In this document: piece after piece, positions 25,881 through 32,000 of the stretch
How positions within the stretch are numbered: the stretch's first letter is position 1
Layout: every line of letters starts with the position of its first letter
From: Acholeplasma laidlawii PG-8A
GTDB taxonomy: Bacteria; Bacillota_I; Bacilli_A; Acholeplasmatales; Acholeplasmataceae
DNA length: 32,000 bases
Assembly (NCBI RefSeq): GCF_000018785.1
Contig: NC_010163.1
Span: forward strand, 390,001 to 422,000
Direction: 5' to 3'
Notes under the pieces: model-generated
Seen by the model: the letters and a program-made list of their open reading frames with translations, nothing else
What the model was told of the DNA's origin: nothing
Database searches by the model: none
Made by a program: the position numbers and the translations under genes

Positions 25881-27190
25881 TTGAAGTCACCAATCAATCT
25901 AACAAAACTATCAATTTCTTGTTTAGTACGTTTTTCTGTTACAGCAAAGGTTAATAAACCATCACCTAGATCAACAGGACCAAGAAACCCGTTTTCAACT
26001 AAATAATCATCTAAGGATTTCGTATTACCTTCATATTTTAAGGTAAACTCATTTAAATGTGGTTGTTTAAATGGGTCTTTAAATGAAGGTAGTTTAAGTA
26101 GTTCATGTTTTAAATAGTGAGCACCATTTAAAGATAAGTGAGCAATATCAATAAAGCCTTGTTTACCTAGGCTTGATAAGTAAATTGCTACACTTAAAGC
26201 CATTAAAGACTGATTTGAACAAATATTAGAGTTTGCTTTTGCACGTCTAATATGTTGTTCACGTGCTTGAAGTGTTAATACAAATGCACGTTTACCATCA
26301 ACATCTGTAGTTACCCCGCAAATTCTACCAGGCATTTTTCTAATGAGTTTCTTAGTGGTTGCTAAATATCCAGCATAAGCGCCACCAAAAGATAAAGGCA
26401 TACCTAAACTTTGAAGATCACCGGTTGCAATATCAACACCATATGCTTGTGGTGTTTTAAGCAACGCTAAACTTTGTGGGTTTTGATTTAAGATGAATAA
26501 TGCATTATTTTCATGTAATAAATCAGCAACACCATCTAGATTTTCGATATGACCGTATTTGTTCGGATTTTGAACAATAAATGCCGCAGCATCTGTGACA
26601 AGATTTTTTAGTTCACTTAAATGCGTAACACCATGTGATTCAGGTACCATCACAAACTCAACATCTCTATAAGTACCATAAGTTTTAATGATTTCTATAG
26701 TTCTAGGATGTAGTGTTTCTGAAAGAAGTACTTTTTTTCTTTTAGTTTCTGCAAGTGCCATAAACATAGCTTCAGCAGTTGCAGTAGGACCATCATACAT
26801 ACTTGCATTTGTAATATCCATACCAGTAATTTCACAAATCATGGATTGAAATTCAAATATATATTGAAGTGTACCTTGACTAACCTCTGGCTGATATGGT
26901 GTATATGATGTCAAAAACTCTTGTCTTGATGTTAAGGACTTGACAATTGAAGGGGTATAAACATCATATGCACCAAAACCTCTAAATATCGTTAGAGATT
27001 TATTTTTACTTGAAAGTTCGATAAGTTCTTTAGTGAGTTCCAAATCAGATAACTGATTTGGAATACCGTAAGGTTTATTGTATTTTAATGATTTAGGTAT
27101 ATGAGATGTTAAATCATCGATACGTTTAATACCGATTGTCTCTAACATATGCTCTATATCATGTTTAGTATGTGGTAGGTATTTATGCAT
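25877..27190 (-). CDS. gcvPA: glycine dehydrogenase (decarboxylating) subunit 1
   Basis: 437 aa. The N-terminus MHKYLPHT, YTPYQPEVSQGTLQ and the typical length and gene order are present. Confidence 0.92.
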   Translation of the reverse strand: MHKYLPHTKHDIEHMLETIGIKRIDDLTSHIPKSLKYNKPYGIPNQLSDLELTKELIELSSKNKSLTIFRGFGAYDVYTPSIVKSLTSRQEFLTSYTPYQPEVSQGTLQYIFEFQSMICEITGMDITNASMYDGPTATAEAMFMALAETKRKKVLLSETLHPRTIEIIKTYGTYRDVEFVMVPESHGVTHLSELKNLVTDAAAFIVQNPNKYGHIENLDGVADLLHENNALFILNQNPQSLALLKTPQAYGVDIATGDLQSLGMPLSFGGAYAGYLATTKKLIRKMPGRICGVTTDVDGKRAFVLTLQAREQHIRRAKANSNICSNQSLMALSVAIYLSSLGKQGFIDIAHLSLNGAHYLKHELLKLPSFKDPFKQPHLNEFTLKYEGNTKSLDDYLVENGFLGPVDLGDGLLTFAVTEKRTKQEIDSFVRLIGDFK

Positions 27191-27199
27191 AGATACTAC

Positions 27200-27568
27200 C
27201 TAGAGTGTAGCTTCGTAATCTGTTACATTTAATAATGAATTTGATTCTTCAGGATTTGAAAGTTCAATTTCTACAATAAAGTTTCCGAATGGATCTTCAT
27301 TAATAAGTTGAGGTTCTTGGTCTAGGGCAGTATTTACTGCAAGTACTTTACCAGATAAAGGCATATATAAATCAGATGCACTTTTTACAGATTCTACAGC
27401 TGCAAAAACATCACCTTTTTTAAATGATTGACCTACTGATGGTAAATCAAAGAAAACAATATCACCTAAGTGCATTGCAGCATAAGAAGAAATACCTACT
27501 TTAGCCTTATTACCCTCGATAAATACCCATTCGTGTGTGTCTAAATATAATACGTCGTTTTTGTTCAT
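27200..27568 (-). CDS. gcvH: glycine cleavage system H protein
   Basis: 122 aa with the lipoyl-lysine motif AAVESVKSASDLYMPLSG. An AAGGAG RBS is present. Confidence 0.92.
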   Translation of the reverse strand: MNKNDVLYLDTHEWVFIEGNKAKVGISSYAAMHLGDIVFFDLPSVGQSFKKGDVFAAVESVKSASDLYMPLSGKVLAVNTALDQEPQLINEDPFGNFIVEIELSNPEESNSLLNVTDYEATL

Positions 27569-27586
27569 GTTGATGTTCTCCTTTTT

Positions 27587-28663
27587 CTATATTTTATTAT
27601 TTTTATTTATAAATTTTTTATTTCTAACAACCGCTTTAACAAATTTGTTTCTAATTTTTATATCTATGATTGTACCTAATTTAGCATGTTTTGCATCAAT
27701 TAATGCAAACCCTAATGCTATATTCGTAGAAGGCGATAAGTAACCTGTAGTTACATGTCCAATAAGTTGATTGCCTACATAGATTTCATAACCAGATCTA
27801 GCAATATTCTTTTCTAATAACTCAAATCCGACATTTTTTCTTAGTGGATTTTCTTTATACGCTAATAATGCAGATTTACCAATGAAATCATCCTTTTTAA
27901 AATCAACAGCAAACCCTAATCCGGCTTCTATAGGATTTATCGTTTCATTCATTTCGTTACCATATAAGGGCATACCAGCTTCAAAGCGTAGCGTGTCTCT
28001 AGCACCTAAACCAATGGGTTTTACACCTAACTTATATAAGTCATCCCAAATTAAAGAAGCATAGCCATCATAAGTATATATTTCAAAGCCATCTTCACCT
28101 GTATAACCAGATCTGGAAATGAGTAAGGGACCATGTTCATTATGTGTAAACATAAAGTCTGATGAATGTTTTGGTAAATCTTGAAATAATTTACTCAAGA
28201 ATTTAAAACTGTTTGGACCTTGAACTGCAATACAGTTAAACTTATCACTGATATTTCTTAAGTGTATATCAAATGTATGTTTTATTGAAGAAAGATGATT
28301 GAAATCTTTTTCAATATTAGAAGCATTGACTACAAGTAGGATTTGATCAGAACTAAATGGATAAACCATTAAGTCATCAATGATACCTCCATCGTTTTGA
28401 AGGAGTAATCCATATTGGTTTTGAGGTCTTAACTCGGTAGTTGAAGATAACACATAATTTGTATAAGCTAGCGCATCTTTACCTTCAATTAAGATTTGAC
28501 CCATATGAGATACATCGAACATACCAACATCATTTCTAACCTGATGGTGTTCTAAGGCGATTGAAGTGTAATATAGTGGCATATGAAATCCACCAAAATC
28601 TATTAAGTTTGCACCTAAATCGACGTGTTTTTGATATAAACTCGTTGTTTTTAATTTATCCAT
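27587..28663 (-). CDS. gcvT: aminomethyltransferase (glycine cleavage T protein)
   Basis: 358 aa with TSLYQKHVDLGANLIDFGGFHMPLYY, SRSGYTGEDGFEI and GLGARDTLRFEAGMPLYGNE. Confidence 0.92.
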   Translation of the reverse strand: MDKLKTTSLYQKHVDLGANLIDFGGFHMPLYYTSIALEHHQVRNDVGMFDVSHMGQILIEGKDALAYTNYVLSSTTELRPQNQYGLLLQNDGGIIDDLMVYPFSSDQILLVVNASNIEKDFNHLSSIKHTFDIHLRNISDKFNCIAVQGPNSFKFLSKLFQDLPKHSSDFMFTHNEHGPLLISRSGYTGEDGFEIYTYDGYASLIWDDLYKLGVKPIGLGARDTLRFEAGMPLYGNEMNETINPIEAGLGFAVDFKKDDFIGKSALLAYKENPLRKNVGFELLEKNIARSGYEIYVGNQLIGHVTTGYLSPSTNIALGFALIDAKHAKLGTIIDIKIRNKFVKAVVRNKKFINKNNKI

Positions 28664-28766
28664 AAATAATTACCTTAATCCTTATGTTATGATATATCTA
28701 TTATAAACGATAAGTAAGTTTTTATCGTCGAATCTAAACTTTAAAATGTTAGAATGAATTTATGAG

Positions 28767-29468
28767 GTGATGTCTTTGAAAAAGTATTTTGTCTTTTCTG
28801 ATATTCATGGTAACTTAAGACCCTTAGTAGAAGCTTTACATAAAGCTGGTTTTGACATGGAAAATGAAAATCATATACTGTTATCTTTAGGTGATCATTT
28901 TGATCGTGGTGTAGAAAATTTAGAAGTATTAGGTTATTTAATGTATTTTAATAAACTAAATAGAATCATCATGATTAGAGGTAATCATGATGATTTCTTA
29001 CTAGATTTTTTAAAAGGAACTTCAGATGGTATATTTAATATCCAAAAAAATGGTTTTGGTAATACCTTAGCACAATTAGCCAGTAAAGATGCAACCACGA
29101 TACCTAAGATGAGAGATTCTATTAACGAAAGATTTCCAGATTTAATAGCACTTTTAGAATCCATGATACATGAGTTTCAGTTAGGTAAATATATATTTAC
29201 CCATGCCGGTTATGCCTATTGTAATAAACAAGGATGGTATCTATATAACTTTGCTTCTACACCTTACTTTTTAAAGCACTTTGACACAAAAGATAATTAT
29301 TATGTATTTGGTCATGCCCATGCAAGAGCCATGAATTATTATGAGTTAGGTGTTGAAAGTAATGATATCTTTGAAATGGATAATTTTATAGGTATTGATG
29401 CCAATACAGTATTAACTAAAGAAGTCCATATCTTAATTTTTGATGAAGAAGGAAATAGACTTTTATAA
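28767..29468 (+). CDS. calcineurin-like metallophosphoesterase (PPP/ApaH-like phosphatase)
   Basis: The motifs FSDIHGN, GDHFDRG, RGNHD and FGHAH are present. The start is ambiguous between GTG 28767, ATG 28770 and TTG 28776. TTG is best spaced from the GAGGTG sequence and gives MKKYFVFSDIHG. Confidence 0.8.
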   Translation: MMSLKKYFVFSDIHGNLRPLVEALHKAGFDMENENHILLSLGDHFDRGVENLEVLGYLMYFNKLNRIIMIRGNHDDFLLDFLKGTSDGIFNIQKNGFGNTLAQLASKDATTIPKMRDSINERFPDLIALLESMIHEFQLGKYIFTHAGYAYCNKQGWYLYNFASTPYFLKHFDTKDNYYVFGHAHARAMNYYELGVESNDIFEMDNFIGIDANTVLTKEVHILIFDEEGNRLL

Positions 29469-29492
29469 CATATAAATATTTGTATTTAATAA

Positions 29493-29522
29493 AAATCCGC
29501 TTAGGTTGTCCTAGGCGGATTT
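29493..29522. terminator. bidirectional terminator between the phosphoesterase gene and gpmI
   Basis: A 13-bp stem, AAATCCGCTTAGG (29493-29505) with CCTAGGCGGATTT (29510-29522), contains one G-U pair and has a 4-nt loop. A and T runs flank it on both sides. Confidence 0.8.
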
Positions 29523-29547
29523 CTTTATTTATATGTAGAAATACTAA

Positions 29548-31083
29548 TTATATTTTTTCGATTAATGATGTACCAGTCATTGCTTTAGGTTTTTCAATAC
29601 CTAGTAAATCTAATAATGTAGGTGCAACGTCACATAGTGCACCACTATTTAATTTAATACCTTTTTTAGTTACTACAACAGGTACTAAGTTTGTTGTATG
29701 TGCTGTATGTGGTTTACCTTCTTGATCACGCATTTGTTCTGCATTACCATGGTCAGCTAAGATGATTGCTACACCACCAAGTTCATTGATGATGAAGTCT
29801 GTAACTTTACCAACACACTCAACAGTTACTTCAACTGCCTTTTTAGTAGCTTCAATATTTCCTGTATGTCCTACCATATCAGGGTTTGCGAAGTTAAGAA
29901 TCATTGTTTGATATTCACCTGTTTTTAATGCTGCAATGACTTTATCAGTTAGTTCATATGCTGACATTTCAGGCTTTAGATCATAGGTTGGAACCTTTGG
30001 TGATTCGGCTAGAATTCTAGTTGAGTTTGCTAAAGGTACTTCTTTACCACCGTCAAAGAAGAAGGTAACGTGGGGGTATTTTTCAGTCTCAGCTGCACGG
30101 ATTTGTTTGAAACCATTTTTTTCAATAACTTCACCGTATAGATCATCAAAAGTTTGAAGTTCGAATGCTAAAGGACCTTTAACAGTTTCTTTATAATGCA
30201 TCATAGATACTAAGAAGATATTCTTTGGTGCTTTAGAAACATTTAACATTGGTTTACCTTCTGTGTAAATTGTTTTAGCAGCACTTGGATTAGATAATGC
30301 AGTGGCAATACGAATTGCTCTGTCAGGTCTAAAGTTTGCAAAGATGACAGCATCATCGTTTTCGATTAAACCTTTGTCGTTTACGATAAATGGTTTAATG
30401 AATTCATCTTGAATACCACTCTTATAACTTGATTCAATACCGTCTAGTGCACTATTAAAGTGTGGGCCATCGCCTAATGTCATTGCATCAAATGCTAATT
30501 GAACACGGTCCCAGTTGTTGTCTCTATCCATTGCATAGAATCTACCTGAAACTGTTGCTACATTAAAACCATAATCTACTAAAGTTTTAACGAAACCATA
30601 ACCAGATTCTTGTGGCGTATCACGGCCATCAGTGAATACATGTAGGTAAGTTCTGTCTAAGATGTTTTGTTGTTTAGCAAAATCGTATAATGCTAAATAG
30701 TGTCCCATTTGGGCATGTACACCACCATCAGAAACTAGACCCATAATGTGTAGTTTAGAATTATGTTTCTTAGCATGTGCTACTGCATCTAAAAATGCTT
30801 GATTCTTAAAAAAGGAACCATCTTTAATAGCAACATTAATTCTAGAAAGTGATTGCCAAACAATACGTCCAGCACCTAGGTTTAAGTGACCTACTTCACT
30901 ATTACCCATTTGACCTTCTGGTAATCCAACTGCCTCACCAGATGTTACTAGTGTGCTATTTGGATATTCTTTAAGTAAGTTGTCTAAATATGTTGTATCT
31001 GCAAGTGTTACAGAGTTTGAATCAGATGCTGGAGCTATACCAAGACCATCCATGATAATTAAAGCTGCAAATTTTTCTTTCAT
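29548..31083 (-). CDS. gpmI: 2,3-bisphosphoglycerate-independent phosphoglycerate mutase
   Basis: 511 aa. The N-terminus ALIIMDGLGIA, the catalytic Ser motif GNSEVGHLNLGAGR, and NFANPDMVGHTG and ADHGNAE are present. Confidence 0.93.
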   Translation of the reverse strand: MKEKFAALIIMDGLGIAPASDSNSVTLADTTYLDNLLKEYPNSTLVTSGEAVGLPEGQMGNSEVGHLNLGAGRIVWQSLSRINVAIKDGSFFKNQAFLDAVAHAKKHNSKLHIMGLVSDGGVHAQMGHYLALYDFAKQQNILDRTYLHVFTDGRDTPQESGYGFVKTLVDYGFNVATVSGRFYAMDRDNNWDRVQLAFDAMTLGDGPHFNSALDGIESSYKSGIQDEFIKPFIVNDKGLIENDDAVIFANFRPDRAIRIATALSNPSAAKTIYTEGKPMLNVSKAPKNIFLVSMMHYKETVKGPLAFELQTFDDLYGEVIEKNGFKQIRAAETEKYPHVTFFFDGGKEVPLANSTRILAESPKVPTYDLKPEMSAYELTDKVIAALKTGEYQTMILNFANPDMVGHTGNIEATKKAVEVTVECVGKVTDFIINELGGVAIILADHGNAEQMRDQEGKPHTAHTTNLVPVVVTKKGIKLNSGALCDVAPTLLDLLGIEKPKAMTGTSLIEKI

Positions 31084-31305
31084 ATATATACCTCGTTTCT
31101 ATTTCATTAGTATTATACTATACTTTGTAAAACGTTTAATTATTTTATATATATGAAAGGGCATACATTTTAAAAATAAAAAAAATATGTTAAAAATGAG
31201 CATATCTTAGGTGTTAAAACATAATATGATTAGATTGAACAAATCCCATAATTAATATACTTAAACCCATATTTACATTTAGAAATGTTTTAAATTATCG
31301 TTTCT

Positions 31306-31335
31306 TTGGTATATATTTGTGTAAGATGATATAAT
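31306..31335 (+). promoter_or_regulatory. promoter TTGGTA-18-TATAAT (with upstream TG) for the FMN riboswitch/ribU transcript
   Basis: TTGGTA lies at 31306-31311 and TGaTATAAT at 31327-31335, about 20 nt upstream of the riboswitch P1 helix. Confidence 0.5.
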
Positions 31336-31354
31336 TTTTACGAATCCAATTAAA

Positions 31355-31472
31355 TCATCTTCGGGGCGAGGCGCAATTCCTCACCGGCAGTTAAAGTCTG
31401 CGAGCAAATTTTACATTTGCAGGATCCTGTGTAATTCAGGTACCGACAGTATAGTCTGGATGAGAGAAGAAA
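31355..31472 (+). promoter_or_regulatory. FMN riboswitch (RFN element) aptamer
   Basis: ATCTTCGGGGCGAGGCGCAATTCCTCACCGGCAG...GTCTGCGAGC...CCGACAGTATAGTCTGGATGAGAGAAGAAAAT matches the conserved RFN core (CUUCGGGGCAGGGUGAAAUUCCC.ACCGGCGG ... CCGACAGU.AAGUCUGGAUG.GAGAAG). P1 closes through TCTTC and GAAGA. Confidence 0.9.
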
Positions 31473-31497
31473 ATTATTCCTTTTTTAGGTATTTTTG

Positions 31498-31535
31498 GTT
31501 ACCCGAACTTTATTTTGTTGGGTAACTTTTTATTT
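31498..31535 (+). terminator. riboswitch expression-platform terminator
   Basis: GTTACCC(G)AAC (31498-31508) pairs with GTTGGGTAAC (31517-31526) to form a 10-bp stem with one bulge. It is followed by TTTTTATTT. The ribU RBS AAGGAGG follows at 31539-31545. Confidence 0.75.
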
Positions 31536-31552
31536 ATTAAGGAGGTTGCCAC

Positions 31553-32000
31553 ATGCAACAAATTATAGAGTTTCTACAAAACAATATGCAAATTATAGAG
31601 ATAAGTTTAATTACTATCTTTGCGATTGCATTAATCATCTTATTTATCTTCGCTTTTAGAGTAGAAGGTAAAATCGAAAGTCATACTAAGAGAGTGAAAA
31701 AAATGGTTACCATATCCATTTTATCTGCTATCAGTGTGATACTTTATTATTTCATAAAGTTCCCGCTGGGCTGGATCATACCATTTATTCCACAATTTTT
31801 GGATATTCAATTCTCGGCAGTACCAATTTATATTGGTGGATTTATGTTTGGTCCAATTAGTGGTAGTATAATTGCTATTATTAGGTTCATTGTAAAATTA
31901 CCTGGATCCTCCACACTTGGTACAGGAGAATTAGCTGACTTACTTATTGGACTTGCTACTGTATTAGTATCTTCAATCATGTATCATAGAAATAAGACAA
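31553..32000 (+). CDS. ribU: riboflavin transporter, ECF S-component RibU (3' end outside window)
   Basis: This ORF is not in the ORF track because no stop falls within the window. My own translation from ATG 31553 is MQQIIEFLQNNMQIIEISLITIFAIALIILFIFAFRVEGKIESHTKRVKKMVTISILSAISVILYYFIKFPLGWIIPFIPQFLDIQFSAVPIYIGGFMFGPISG... The FLDIQFS..P..IGGF.FGP region is RibU-like, and an FMN riboswitch lies directly upstream. Confidence 0.8.
   Translation, partial: MQQIIEFLQNNMQIIEISLITIFAIALIILFIFAFRVEGKIESHTKRVKKMVTISILSAISVILYYFIKFPLGWIIPFIPQFLDIQFSAVPIYIGGFMFGPISGSIIAIIRFIVKLPGSSTLGTGELADLLIGLATVLVSSIMYHRNKT

Noticed and set aside
27537-27743. 68-aa F/L/I-rich ORF on the plus strand
   Set aside because: It is antisense to the gcvH start, the gcvT-gcvH junction and the gcvT 3' end. 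Its hydrophobic look is an artefact of translating the complement of K/N-rich AT-rich sequence.
29480-29725. 81-aa plus-strand ORF after the phosphoesterase gene
   Set aside because: It begins upstream of the bidirectional terminator hairpin (29493-29522), reads through it, and then runs antisense through the gpmI 3' end.
31084-31305. About 220 bp of non-coding AT-rich DNA between gpmI and the riboswitch promoter, as a possible sRNA or hidden gene
   Set aside because: It contains only trivial ORFs of 6-8 codons, no stable hairpins and no conserved-looking motif. It most likely holds just the gpmI promoter (minus-strand TATAAT near 31118-31123, AACGAGG RBS) and spacer DNA.
1-32000. Mycoplasma-type genetic code (TGA = Trp)
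   Set aside because: Several well-aligned genes (ruvB, the EIIB-like gene, ptsH, the sigma gene) end exactly at TGA with the family-typical C-terminus, and the next gene starts at or overlapping that codon. Trp is encoded by TGG throughout.
1-32000. CRISPR arrays, IS elements, integrases, prophage or known defence systems
   Set aside because: I saw no regularly spaced direct repeats and no transposase, recombinase or nuclease-like ORFs. I saw no tRNA or att-like flanks and no abrupt compositional island. The only exact long repeat found is the 10+15-nt promoter motif reported as a finding.

Overview
This is a low-GC window (about 30% by eye), almost fully coding. TGA is used as a stop (ruvB, the EIIB-like gene, ptsH and the sigma gene all end in TGA) and Trp is TGG, so the standard code 11 applies. 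That fits an Acholeplasma-like Mollicute or a related low-GC Firmicute; I cannot name the species from sequence alone.

The content is core-genome housekeeping:
- ruvB (3' part), queA and convergent uppP.
- A tightly overlapped plus-strand chain: Cys-less EIIB-like protein, HPr, DUF368, trmB, M42 peptidase and an aldo/keto reductase.
- parE-parC, a TGS-uridine-kinase fusion, a degenerate Fic-like wHTH protein, DegV and three small orphans.
- A BMP-family nucleoside ABC transporter (lipoprotein, ATPase, two permeases) plus a deoxynucleoside kinase.
- A three-gene ECF-type sigma module.
- Minus-strand gcvT-gcvH-gcvPA-gcvPB, a metallophosphoesterase and minus-strand gpmI.
- An FMN riboswitch with terminator in front of a partial ribU.

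I saw no rRNA, tRNA, CRISPR array, transposase, integrase or recognisable defence gene.

The most interesting signals are:
1. An exact bipartite motif, ACCAATAAAA-N12-TTGTATATTAAGTGC, lies in front of both the sigma gene and a downstream exported protein. That protein carries an RsgI-juxtamembrane (SEA-like) type domain but no anti-sigma domain.
2. A single in-frame TAA splits the second nucleotide-binding domain of the nucleoside ABC ATPase in an otherwise intact operon.
3. A membrane-anchored EIIB-like protein with no cysteine is translationally coupled to HPr.
4. A Fic-fold protein has its catalytic motif erased.

All coordinates and alignments were worked out by eye. Family assignments rest on remembered motifs and need HMM or BLAST confirmation.
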